DNA of 39,812 bases from Minisyncoccota bacterium (GCA_023137615.1 JAGLOS010000003.1:1-39812), one strand, 5' to 3'; positions 1 to 9,429 are shown, counted from the stretch's first letter. Made by a program: numbers and translations. The notes: a model not told the origin generated them from the letters alone.

Positions 1-46
1 CCACTGTATTCAAATTGCCGCTGTCTTACCTTAGACTTGTCCGGCA
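1..46 (-). other. possible 5' half of a tRNA-like (Gln-like) sequence, cut by the window edge
   Basis: Minus strand TGCCGGA-CAA-GTCT-AAGGTA-AGAC-A-GCGGC-AATTTGAA: acceptor-like start and D-arm with GG; no anticodon-stem partner visible in the window. Confidence 0.3.
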
Positions 47-118
47 ATATTTAAAATGCACCAAACAGGTGCGTAAATATAATACCATATTTTCCTCCAA
101 AAACAATTCTACTAAGCA

Positions 119-149
119 AAAAGAAAAGCCCCCGGATGGATAAGGACCT
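119..149 (-). terminator. putative intrinsic terminator
   Basis: Minus strand AGGTCCTT-N8-GGGGGCTT (G-U-rich stem) followed by TTCTTTT. Confidence 0.45.
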
Positions 150-321
150 TTCAAAAACATTAACTATTAAACTATCGAAAAGTGTGTGACCCCCGTGGGT
201 CTTCCTCGTACAAATGGAATATACCATCCTACAATTCGTCCCATTTGGGCCAGATTTCAAAAAATCGGAAACACTCTAAATAGCTGTGTGAAGATCTGAC
301 CAAGGTTGATAATACTATATA

Positions 322-1365
322 TTATACTTTCTTGTCAAGCAGATCGATCAATGCAAGCTCGACGGGCAGATGTACAATATATGAAAAATCGAGTTTTGAA
401 TACGCCTCAAGAAAAGCAAGAACTGTTTTTGATGAAATGGCGGTATTTTTCGCATCGCTCAACTTTTTCAAGAATTCAAAATCGTCTTCGTCGAGTTCTT
501 CTTTGATCTCCTTTTCCATAGCCGGAGCATTGCGAAGAAGAAGAACGAAACGAAGTTTCGCCAAAATAAGCTTTACAAATATTTTCATATTAATATTCCC
601 CTCAGCCGCCTTGTTGACCGCAACAAGCCCCGCCTCAAGATCGTTTTCAGAGATCGCAATGATCACATTGTCGATAAGCGCTCGGCGCGGCGCACCGGTG
701 ATCGCCTCCACCTCCTCTGCTGTGATCTTTTTGTCAGCCGAAGTACTGATCACTTTTTGTACTATTCCCAAAGTATCGCGAAAAGCTCCGTCACCAAGGA
801 TCGCAATGAGCTGCGCCGCGGACGGATCAAGAGTATAACCCTCTTTTTTTGCTATTTTAAGCGACACCTCTTTGAGTGTTGTTTGTGAGGGTTTTTTGAA
901 GTTAAAGGTCTGACATCGCGATACGATCGTCGTAGGAAGTTTCTCTGCTTCCGTGGTCGCCAAGATAAAGACAACATGTGAAGGTGGTTCTTCCAAAGTC
1001 TTTAACAATGCATTGAACGCTTCTTTGGTAAGCATGTGCACTTCGTCTATGATATATACTTTATATTTTGAGTCGAACGGAAGCGTCGACACCGAGTCTC
1101 GCAGTTCGCGGATGTCATCAATACCTCGATTCGACGCGGCGTCTATTTCATACAGATCACTTGCCGATGTACCCAACTCTTTTGCAAAAATACGCGCAAT
1201 ACTCGTCTTTCCGATACCTCGGCTACCCGCAAAAAGATATGCGTGTGCAAATGTCTCGTTTTTGAGTGAGCTTTGAAGCGTATTTACAATATGATCCTGT
1301 CCAATAATATCTTTGAATTCCATTGGACGATGTTTTCTATAGAGTGTTGTTTCTTCTTGAGTCAT
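322..1365 (-). CDS. dnaX: DNA polymerase III subunit gamma/tau (short form, domains I-III)
   Basis: LYRKHRP, GSRGIGKT Walker A, EIDAASNRGIDDIR, IIDEVHML, LLKTLEEPP, SRC motifs. Confidence 0.97.
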   Translation of the reverse strand: MTQEETTLYRKHRPMEFKDIIGQDHIVNTLQSSLKNETFAHAYLFAGSRGIGKTSIARIFAKELGTSASDLYEIDAASNRGIDDIRELRDSVSTLPFDSKYKVYIIDEVHMLTKEAFNALLKTLEEPPSHVVFILATTEAEKLPTTIVSRCQTFNFKKPSQTTLKEVSLKIAKKEGYTLDPSAAQLIAILGDGAFRDTLGIVQKVISTSADKKITAEEVEAITGAPRRALIDNVIIAISENDLEAGLVAVNKAAEGNINMKIFVKLILAKLRFVLLLRNAPAMEKEIKEELDEDDFEFLKKLSDAKNTAISSKTVLAFLEAYSKLDFSYIVHLPVELALIDLLDKKV

Positions 1366-1397
1366 GTCTCATATTATACACGAACATATGAGACAAA

Positions 1398-1426
1398 CAA
1401 AAAACCCGCATTTAACGGGTTTTTTG
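1398..1426. terminator. intrinsic terminator after the 1500..1973 gene
   Basis: CAAAAAACCCG-N7-CGGGTTTTTTG inverted repeat. Confidence 0.75.
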
Positions 1427-1499
1427 CCATGTAAAATATTTTAATCTATAAATCTATATCATTTAAAGTTTTCATAGTATTTTTATTATACGGATCTCG

Positions 1500-1973
1500 T
1501 TATTTCTTAGCAACTTTTTTGACCGCTTTTTTCTTCACCGGCTTCTTCTCCGCCGTTGCTTTGACCACTTTCTTGGCTGCTTTGTTTGTGGCCTTTTTTA
1601 CAACCTTCCTCGCTTTCTTTGCGGTTTTTTTAGCTTTTGGTTCTATATCTTTTTGGATCTTTTTCCAGTGCTTGCGCAGATCATCCATCATCTCGTGAAC
1701 ATCATCACTGTCTATGTCTTTAACTTTTGAGTATTTGTCACTAACTTTGTCGATGATCTTATTATAATCATCTTCATCAACCTTCTGAAGCTTTTCGATC
1801 TTCTCAAGAACCTCTCCTTTTGCCTTGAGCATCCAACCTTTTACTTTTTTGCGGTTCTTTGCCGCTTCTTTACCTCCATATAAAAAATACCCCGCAGCTG
1901 CGGTCGCGGCAAGGATTGCAAGACCAAATCCGTGAGAACCTTTGTCGTCACACTTTTTAATTTCTTTTGTCAT
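1500..1973 (-). CDS. YtxH-like membrane-anchored protein with Lys/Ala-rich C-terminal tail
   Basis: N-terminal hydrophobic segment GFGLAILAATAAAGYFLYG, helical charged middle, KKA/KKV-rich tail. Confidence 0.65.
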   Translation of the reverse strand: MTKEIKKCDDKGSHGFGLAILAATAAAGYFLYGGKEAAKNRKKVKGWMLKAKGEVLEKIEKLQKVDEDDYNKIIDKVSDKYSKVKDIDSDDVHEMMDDLRKHWKKIQKDIEPKAKKTAKKARKVVKKATNKAAKKVVKATAEKKPVKKKAVKKVAKK

Positions 1974-1995
1974 AATAATACCTAAAAACTAATAA

Positions 1996-2283
1996 TTATT
2001 TTTTCTTTTTTTTGTTCTGCCTTTTTTGGTTAAAACCGGCGACAGCGGTAACGATGGACAAAATAAATCCTGTCCATACTCCTTTATCGTTGAGTTTCAT
2101 ACGTACCTCGGAGAGATCTTCTGACAAAGTCTCTGTGCCCTTGCGTATCGTTGCCAAAAAACCATGTATGTCTCGCAGTATCTTTATCACATACATGATC
2201 GCGATCAAAAATACAACCGTGATAAAGACCACAGAAACAGAGCTGATAAAAAAGAAAACATCTGATTGAAGAACGCTATTCAT
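1996..2283 (-). CDS. small membrane protein (YtxG/DUF948-like)
   Basis: N-terminal TM helix, coiled-coil-like middle, basic C-terminus; TATAAT 7 nt before ATG. Confidence 0.65.
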   Translation of the reverse strand: MNSVLQSDVFFFISSVSVVFITVVFLIAIMYVIKILRDIHGFLATIRKGTETLSEDLSEVRMKLNDKGVWTGFILSIVTAVAGFNQKRQNKKKKK

Positions 2284-2327
2284 ATATATAATTATACTTT
2301 GTTTTCTCTTTTAAGAAAAGTGGAGAA

Positions 2328-3317
2328 TTATTTTTTGAGAAATTCTTCAACTATTTCTTCCACTTCATCTGCTGAGGACACTTCCATAAGTCGTATACGT
2401 AATTCCTTTGCACCGTCAAAGCCGGTCACATATGCCTTGAAGTGTTTTTTCATAATTGCAAAATTTTTGACATCACCAAGTTTTTCTTTAAAGAGTTTTG
2501 TATGTTCAACCATAACACGCAATATTTTTTCAAGCGGCAAATTTTCTTTTGCCACTTTCTGATTAAAAAACCACGGATCACCAAAAACACCGCGCCCCAC
2601 CATAACACCATCAACACCGTACTGTTGCACTTTCTCCTGCGCCTCTTGGATACTTTTCACATCACCATTACCAATAATAAGAGTATCCGTGCCTTTTGCC
2701 ATTTCAACCACTTTTGCAATATCATCCCAACGCGCATCTGTAAGTGACAATTCTTTCCTTGTTCTGCCATGTATGGTGAGCACGGGCACTTTAGTATCGA
2801 GAAGGTACGGTATCCACTCGTCTATCTCTTCTTTGTTATAACCGATGCGAGTCTTGACTGACACGGGGATATCACCGGCGCCCTCCATTGTCGCATAAAT
2901 AACCTCTTGCGCGAGTTTTGGTGTTTTGATCATTGCAGCTCCGGCACCTTGTTTTTCGATACTTCTATCCGGGCATCCCATATTGATATCAACCCCATCA
3001 AATCCCATTTTGTTTACAAGCTCTGCTGTCTTGCGACAATTATCAGGGTCACTGCCAAATATCTGCGCTACGATCGGTCTTTCATTCTCTTGAAATTTTA
3101 GATCGCGTTTAATGATGTCGCGCCCAGGGCTGCACAAACCGTCACACGAGACAAACTCAGTCCAAAAAACATGCGGTCCGCCGTGTGATGTACCGTGTTC
3201 ACTGTACTTTACAAACATTTGTCGAAAAGGCGCATCGGTGACATCCGCCATCGGCGCTAATACAAAAAATGGTTTTTTTAATTCCGCCCAAAATCCCCGT
3301 ACGATCTTTTTCTTCAT
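2328..3317 (-). CDS. dus: tRNA-dihydrouridine synthase
   Basis: LAPMADVTD, DINMGCP, SVKTRIG, TIHGRT, IGNGDV, GVMVGRG motifs. Confidence 0.95.
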   Translation of the reverse strand: MKKKIVRGFWAELKKPFFVLAPMADVTDAPFRQMFVKYSEHGTSHGGPHVFWTEFVSCDGLCSPGRDIIKRDLKFQENERPIVAQIFGSDPDNCRKTAELVNKMGFDGVDINMGCPDRSIEKQGAGAAMIKTPKLAQEVIYATMEGAGDIPVSVKTRIGYNKEEIDEWIPYLLDTKVPVLTIHGRTRKELSLTDARWDDIAKVVEMAKGTDTLIIGNGDVKSIQEAQEKVQQYGVDGVMVGRGVFGDPWFFNQKVAKENLPLEKILRVMVEHTKLFKEKLGDVKNFAIMKKHFKAYVTGFDGAKELRIRLMEVSSADEVEEIVEEFLKK

Positions 3318-3385
3318 TGAACTACTATATGGAAGAAATTCAAATAAATCAACCGGTTAGCAACTAGTAACTAAAAACCAATCAA

Positions 3386-5860
3386 TCAAGTAAGATCCTC
3401 CGGCAAAAGAGTAAATTTGCTTCCTTCTTTGATATCTCCACGAATAAGTTTCTCTGCGATCACTTGTTCCAGATTTTCTTGTATATAACGATTCATTGGT
3501 CGCGCTCCAAAAACAGGATCAACTCCCTGCTGTGCCACATACTCGACCATCTCAGACGTGATTTCCATATCAAGACCTCGATTGCGCAAACGCAGACGCA
3601 GCTTCTCCAACATGATCCCTGATATTTTCCTAATATGTTCCAACTCAAGAGGATGAAACAATACTACCGCATCAAAACGATTCAAAAACTCCGGTTTGAA
3701 AATGCGTTCTTTGATAATATGATCCACAATCTCTTTTTGAATATTTTTTGTATCAACCTCTTGTTGCATTTTTTCAAATATCAAATTACTTCCCGCATTT
3801 GATGTTGCAATGAAAATGACATTTCGTGCATTCACACGCTTACCCTTAACATCGGAAAAGAACCCTTCGTCAAGTATCTGCAAGAAAAGATCGTGTACCT
3901 GCGTAGCGCTTTTCTCAAACTCATCAAGAAGCACCACGCCATATGAATGTTCCCGCAAGGTTCGTGTCAAAACACCTATTTGTCCACCATCAAACGAACC
4001 AATGAGACGCGCAACCGCGTCACCTCCGGCAAATTCCGACATATCAAGTCGTGTCATATTCTTCTCATCTCCAAAGAAAAGTGCCGCAAGGGCTTTTGCC
4101 GTCTCGGTCTTCCCCACTCCCGTAGGACCGACAAACAAAAATGATCCTATTGGTCGACGAGTGTTGCGCACACCGGCTCTCGAGCGGCGCATGGCATTAC
4201 TCACTACAACGATCGCCTCATCTTGTCCAATAACACGCTTGTGCAGCAGATCTTCAACGTTAAGCAATGTTTCTCTTTCCGCTTCTTTGATCTGACCAAG
4301 TGGCACTCCCGTCTTTTTCTCGACTATATCAAGAATATCCTGCTTCTCGACGAGAATTTTATGTTTTCTGATAACATGCGCCGGTAATTCCACAAGAATA
4401 TCGATAGCCTTATCGGGCATAACAGGATCAGAAAAATGATCCATTACCGCGCGAATCACCGTTTTGAGAGAATTATAGGTGAACAAAACACCACTATGCT
4501 TTTCGAGTTCTTCCGCAACATTTTGTAGTACCTCTACCATTTCTTCGTCGCCGGGATGCTCAACAAGTATGTGTTCAAATCTCTGTTTGATCGTTGGATC
4601 TTGTTCCAACAAATGATGATAGTTATCTTTGTTCGAAAGAGCAACGATCTGGATCCCCGCGGACGCAAAATACGGATCCATCAAACGTATAACATCAGTT
4701 CCCAAATACTGTGCACTCAACACAAAAGCCGACAGATCTCTAAAAATAAAAAGAATATTTCCGGCGGCAACCGCATCGTTGAGTATTTTTATAAATTGAA
4801 TTTCAAGATCATTCTTGCTTTGTGATTGTGAGACCAAAAACTCACCGTCAAAAAGCATGGGGCGTTTTCTCTCCAGAGCGGGCGGCACTTTTCCGGAATG
4901 GATATCTCGGGCAAATGAGTAGACAACGTCCATCTTGCCTTCTCCCGGTTCGCCGACAAGCAACACATTTGATTCTCGCGCGCACGACAAAAGATCCTTG
5001 AGTTGTTGAAGGTACTCGGCTCCTTTCTCGGATAGTGCGTTGAGAGACGCACCCCCTTCGTGTCCACTCAATTCATGCGCATAGCGGCGCAGTATATATG
5101 CTTGTCCGTACGACCAGTCAGAACCGATCCCTTCTATTTTTTCGAGATTGGCAGCAGTCCACCAACGCCTCTTTTCTTTTGTCTTTTCGTTTATCTTTAC
5201 AACCCAACTTGTCGCACCAAAGAAATCTTCTTTTTGAGTTCCTTTAGAGAACAAAAAATCAGCAAAAGTGGGATCATTTTGAAAAATATATTGTGCCAGA
5301 TCAGTGAGTGCAAAAACCTCTCCATCACGCATCTGCGGGTGTGAATAACGAACAACATGTTCTCTTGTATTCAAATGTGTCTCAACAATATCATCGTACA
5401 GACCGCTACGGTGCAATATCTCCCTGCCGATATCTGAGAGACAAAATGCCGCGGTAATATCTCTGTCTTGCACATTTAAAAGTATACGCAACACATGAAA
5501 ACTGAACATGTCTTCCGGTATACGATCTTTTCCATTTACCGTCGCGTCCTCTTTTTCTTTAAAATAATAGGAACAAAAGAATGCCTCAATAGAATATACA
5601 CATATCCAAAAAGCGAAAGAAAGTAATACAAGACCAAATATCTTTGGCAGTATCATATCAAACACCAACTCAATGTTACCATTGAGCAAATGAAATTGGT
5701 TTATAACCATAATCACAATGATCACTGTCAAAAAAGACAAAAGGAACGCGACTGTTATTTTATAGATACGTCTTCGAAAACTCGAAGATAGCACCTCCTC
5801 AAGAAGCACGATCGGATACAAGTAACTTTTTTTTAATTGATATCGGCTTTTTTCTTCCAT
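3386..5860 (-). CDS. ClpA/ClpB-family AAA+ ATPase with N-terminal transmembrane segments
   Basis: D1 GEPGEGK and MPDKAIDIL; D2 RVIGQDEA, GPTGVGKT, RLDMSEF, LLDEFEK, PEFLNRFD, FGARP; two hydrophobic segments in the first ~100 aa. Confidence 0.9.
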   Translation of the reverse strand: MEEKSRYQLKKSYLYPIVLLEEVLSSSFRRRIYKITVAFLLSFLTVIIVIMVINQFHLLNGNIELVFDMILPKIFGLVLLSFAFWICVYSIEAFFCSYYFKEKEDATVNGKDRIPEDMFSFHVLRILLNVQDRDITAAFCLSDIGREILHRSGLYDDIVETHLNTREHVVRYSHPQMRDGEVFALTDLAQYIFQNDPTFADFLFSKGTQKEDFFGATSWVVKINEKTKEKRRWWTAANLEKIEGIGSDWSYGQAYILRRYAHELSGHEGGASLNALSEKGAEYLQQLKDLLSCARESNVLLVGEPGEGKMDVVYSFARDIHSGKVPPALERKRPMLFDGEFLVSQSQSKNDLEIQFIKILNDAVAAGNILFIFRDLSAFVLSAQYLGTDVIRLMDPYFASAGIQIVALSNKDNYHHLLEQDPTIKQRFEHILVEHPGDEEMVEVLQNVAEELEKHSGVLFTYNSLKTVIRAVMDHFSDPVMPDKAIDILVELPAHVIRKHKILVEKQDILDIVEKKTGVPLGQIKEAERETLLNVEDLLHKRVIGQDEAIVVVSNAMRRSRAGVRNTRRPIGSFLFVGPTGVGKTETAKALAALFFGDEKNMTRLDMSEFAGGDAVARLIGSFDGGQIGVLTRTLREHSYGVVLLDEFEKSATQVHDLFLQILDEGFFSDVKGKRVNARNVIFIATSNAGSNLIFEKMQQEVDTKNIQKEIVDHIIKERIFKPEFLNRFDAVVLFHPLELEHIRKISGIMLEKLRLRLRNRGLDMEITSEMVEYVAQQGVDPVFGARPMNRYIQENLEQVIAEKLIRGDIKEGSKFTLLPEDLT

Positions 5861-5863
5861 GAT

Positions 5864-6259
5864 CTATACAAAAAATATTAAATGCAGCCCGGCAACTCCG
5901 ACAAACAAGACAACCGCCGGCAATACCGCCCATACCACCAAAAATTGGATACCGACAATAACAACGATCATAATAAATATAAATCCGATGGTAATGAGCA
6001 TCAGACGCATCACAAATCCAACAAGCCGCATCATAAGATTGACCATTTTTGTAGATAGATAATCTCCGATATCAAATCCTCGGGTCTCGCGCTGTGCTTC
6101 AATCCTTTTCCATGGTTGAAAGAGTGTCCGAAACAACGCAGAGATAGAAAAAAAATGAAATACAAAATGCGTTATGTTCCGCCAAATGTGAAAAATATCA
6201 ACAAACGCTTTGGAGTAATGCCAACGAAAATAGTCACGCAAAATAATTGTGAATATCAT
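5864..6259 (-). CDS. hypothetical membrane protein upstream of the Clp ATPase
   Basis: ORF with long C-terminal hydrophobic helices; start moved to ATG 6259 (TATAAT 6 nt upstream); 3 nt gap to the Clp start. Confidence 0.8.
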   Translation of the reverse strand: MIFTIILRDYFRWHYSKAFVDIFHIWRNITHFVFHFFSISALFRTLFQPWKRIEAQRETRGFDIGDYLSTKMVNLMMRLVGFVMRLMLITIGFIFIMIVVIVGIQFLVVWAVLPAVVLFVGVAGLHLIFFV

Positions 6260-6322
6260 ACAAAAATTATACACCAGAACCCTCCTCAAAAGTAGTGTGT
6301 GTAATATTTTTTAAACTATTAT

Positions 6323-7228
6323 TTATTCAAATTTAAACAGTACTTTATTCGCAAATCGCACATCGACATATTCTATCTGAGAGGGGGTCTTTTCTGATGA
6401 CTCTGTAAATTTCTTTTCATACGCGGTCTTTATTTTTCCCAAAACCTCCACCAAGTCCTGTGTCGGAGAAAATTTAAGAATACCTCCACTGTCCATACTG
6501 ATCTCGAAAAGGTCTTCGTCTCGTATTGTTAGTGAATATGAACCGATGGATATCTGTTCGAGAGAACGGACAAAGCTTATAACAAGCACAAAAGTCTCTT
6601 TAGGCAATAACTGTATTCCAATAACACTTGCCAGATCATCTACCGCTTTTTCTGCAAGAATATCAGGTGACGTCGTCGCTTCAACCTTTTTATCAAAAAC
6701 AAGCGGAGATCCATAAAGTTCAAAATATACATGATCTGAAAAATATGGTGCTTCTGTAAACACATACCCTGTCTTATCGACAAAATAGCAATCACTCATA
6801 TCATTCTCACTGTCCAACATATATTCCCTGCACCACAATACCGCCGGCTCACGTTCGACAACAGTTATAAGTATCTTTGAAAAATTTATACTGTCTACAG
6901 AAATACTTTTTATTCGAGGGTATTTATCTAAAAGCATGCTCTCTGTGTTTTTCTTCGGAAACAAAAAAGTGTTACGTTTTGGAAATAACCATAATATTTT
7001 TTTTGCCATTTCTTCCTCAACAACTGAAACGATCTCTCCCGCGAGCGTCTCGCTCGCACCTTTGACCTGCACCTTTTTTATCTGGTGACTGTCCATTTGA
7101 GAAAGCCAAACAACACCCGCCACAGCACAAACGACAAGCACCAACACAACGCCACCATAAAATACATTTCTCTTTCGATGGTTACTGGTTGATCTTTTTG
7201 AAATAAGCGGTAAACGTTGAATTCCCAT
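6323..7228 (-). CDS. ftsQ: FtsQ/DivIB-like cell division protein
   Basis: Basic N-terminus, single TM, POTRA-like segment (IKKVQVKG...YPRIKSISV...ITVVEREP), C-terminal YVDVRF. Confidence 0.7.
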   Translation of the reverse strand: MGIQRLPLISKRSTSNHRKRNVFYGGVVLVLVVCAVAGVVWLSQMDSHQIKKVQVKGASETLAGEIVSVVEEEMAKKILWLFPKRNTFLFPKKNTESMLLDKYPRIKSISVDSINFSKILITVVEREPAVLWCREYMLDSENDMSDCYFVDKTGYVFTEAPYFSDHVYFELYGSPLVFDKKVEATTSPDILAEKAVDDLASVIGIQLLPKETFVLVISFVRSLEQISIGSYSLTIRDEDLFEISMDSGGILKFSPTQDLVEVLGKIKTAYEKKFTESSEKTPSQIEYVDVRFANKVLFKFE

Positions 7229-7237
7229 AGTATATAT

Positions 7238-8425
7238 CTATATAATAGTGTCTCGATCTGTTTTTTCAATAGCAATCCCTTCCTCTGTGTTCTTATTCCA
7301 TATTACCAGAGATTCAACCCCGACATATTTTTGAAGACTTTTTGGTATTCGAATAGACCCGTCTTCGTTTTGGAAATTTTCAATAATACCCTGAAGTATA
7401 CCCTCTCCTGTTACAATACTTCCGTGTAAAGAATGAACAAAGCGGGTAACCTTCTGCTTGTCGACGTATTTAATATTAAGCCGACGTGCTTGAAAATCGT
7501 GAGAATATGACGACGAACACACTTCACGATATTTGCCCGATGTTGGAAAATATATTTCAATGGAATACTTTTTTACATGCTTGGACCCAAGAAGCCCACC
7601 GCAGTATGTCACCACCCGATATGGCAGCCCAAGGGCTTGTATGATCATTTCTTGATCTTTCGTCATCTCTTCGTGCAAAGACACGCTTGTCATGTGATTT
7701 GCTTCACTCAATATGATCTGTTCAAGCACAAAATCCTCTTTTTTATTTTTACGAGAAAATCCATGTGAAAAAGAAATATATTTTTTAGGTAATTCTCCCG
7801 TAACGATCGTTTTGTCCATATGATGAGACAATACTGATGCTTCCGAAGAATGAGCCAAAAACATCCCGTCCTGTGTTATGTAAAAGTCTTCATCTTTTTG
7901 TGGGAAAGATCCGATGCCAATAAAAGCGCTTTTTTCAACAAGAGAGGGTGCGATGACCGGCATATATTCTTTTCCTTTCATGGTGTCGAAAACAAACTGC
8001 CAAAGTGCCATCAAAAGTACGGCGCCTGAATTTTTTAAAAAGGTCTCACCATTATACGTATCTACCATATCGTGATCCTTCGTGAGCCGAGCATATGTAC
8101 GAGGAGTAAAAGTAAATTGTGGAACATCACCCCAGTTTCTTTCCACTCTGTTCTCTTTTGTGGTTTTACCTTCCGGAGTCGACATATCGGGAATATTCGG
8201 AACTTCGATCATCAATATTTGCCATTTCTCCATTGTTTCCTTGAGTCGCTCTTTTTCTTTTGATGTGTCTTGCAGATCTTTTTGTTTTGACCGTATTGTC
8301 TCAAGCAGCTCTCTGCGTGCATCATCTATTGCTATAAGTTTATCAACATCAAGATCAACGTGCTTTTTTTGCGCCGCCATTTTCATGATCTCTTTGTTCT
8401 GTCGGATAAAATTGATGTCGAGCAT
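7238..8425 (-). CDS. seryl-tRNA synthetase homologue with degenerate catalytic motifs
   Basis: MLDINFIRQN, VPNIPD, LGLPYRVV, YREVCSSS, DFQARRLNIKY, ENFQNEDGSIRIP match SerRS; motif 2 loop and motif 3 Arg are missing. Confidence 0.85.
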   Translation of the reverse strand: MLDINFIRQNKEIMKMAAQKKHVDLDVDKLIAIDDARRELLETIRSKQKDLQDTSKEKERLKETMEKWQILMIEVPNIPDMSTPEGKTTKENRVERNWGDVPQFTFTPRTYARLTKDHDMVDTYNGETFLKNSGAVLLMALWQFVFDTMKGKEYMPVIAPSLVEKSAFIGIGSFPQKDEDFYITQDGMFLAHSSEASVLSHHMDKTIVTGELPKKYISFSHGFSRKNKKEDFVLEQIILSEANHMTSVSLHEEMTKDQEMIIQALGLPYRVVTYCGGLLGSKHVKKYSIEIYFPTSGKYREVCSSSYSHDFQARRLNIKYVDKQKVTRFVHSLHGSIVTGEGILQGIIENFQNEDGSIRIPKSLQKYVGVESLVIWNKNTEEGIAIEKTDRDTII

Positions 8426-8484
8426 GCATTACATCATACCATGCCGCATATCAAAGAAAACTGCCGATGTGTTACAATATTTTG

Positions 8485-9336
8485 ATGCACGACATTGAAA
8501 CAAAAGACTCTCTTCCTTTCTCACAACTCAAAGAAATACCTCAACCACCAAAGAAACTCTATACTCAAGGAACCCTTCCTCTCTCTGATACAAAATTCCT
8601 TACTGTTGTGGGTTCACGCAAATTTTCCTCATATGGCAAAATGGCATGCGAGAAACTTATTGGTGGTTTGCGAGGATATAACATATCTATAGTATCCGGT
8701 CTTGCCCTCGGTACCGACACCATCGCACACCAAAGCGCACTCGAAGCGGGGCTGCACACGATTGCAGTACCCGGCTCGGGCTTGAATGAAAAAGTGCTAT
8801 ATCCCGCAACTAATAGACAGCTTGCAAAAAAGATCATTGAGCGGGGCGGGCTTTTGATCTCGGAATTCGAGCCCGATTTTAAAGCAACAATTTGGAGCTT
8901 CCCTCAACGTAATCGTATAATGGCGGGACTCGCCGATGCCGTACTTATAATAGAAGCCGCTGAAAAATCCGGTACGCTCATCACTGCGCGAATGGCGACC
9001 GATTACAACAAAGACGTACTCGTCGTACCCGGCTCAATATTTTCTGAAAATTCAAGCGGTACCAATATGCTCATCCGCCTCGGTGCCACTCCCATTAGAA
9101 ACAGCGACGATATACTTGATGCTCTGGATATGGAAAAAACCGAAAAAGAAGAAACGGACCTTTCAGAATTGTCCGAGGAGGAGCAAAAAATAATTATCGC
9201 TCTTGCCGAGCCACTTTCAAAGGATGAACTGTTGCGTCAAAATATTCTTCCCGCAGAAAAGACAAATGCAACGCTTACTCTTCTTGAGATCAAAGGTATT
9301 ATTAAAGAAGTGGGCGGAAAAATATATAGAGTGTAA
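8485..9336 (+). CDS. dprA: DNA-processing protein DprA
   Basis: VVGSR, IVSGLALGTD, FPQRNRIMAGL, EAAEKSGTLITA, C-terminal winged-helix-like segment; start placed at ATG 8485. Confidence 0.95.
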   Translation: MHDIETKDSLPFSQLKEIPQPPKKLYTQGTLPLSDTKFLTVVGSRKFSSYGKMACEKLIGGLRGYNISIVSGLALGTDTIAHQSALEAGLHTIAVPGSGLNEKVLYPATNRQLAKKIIERGGLLISEFEPDFKATIWSFPQRNRIMAGLADAVLIIEAAEKSGTLITARMATDYNKDVLVVPGSIFSENSSGTNMLIRLGATPIRNSDDILDALDMEKTEKEETDLSELSEEEQKIIIALAEPLSKDELLRQNILPAEKTNATLTLLEIKGIIKEVGGKIYRV

Positions 9337-9429
9337 AAATAGAAGTATTTTTATGAAAATAAACTTTTCTTCACTTTTCCCCTTGTAAAAAATTTGCCAA
9401 AAAAAATTATTTATAGTACATATACATAG

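Noticed and set aside
119-305. SRP RNA or RNase P RNA next to dnaX
   Set aside because: Lacks the SRP CAGG..GNRA..AGCAG helix and the RNase P GAGGAAAGTCC motif.
322-1365. dnaX pseudogene or programmed frameshift to a longer tau
   Set aside because: The ORF ends cleanly after domain III and no coding continuation is evident downstream.
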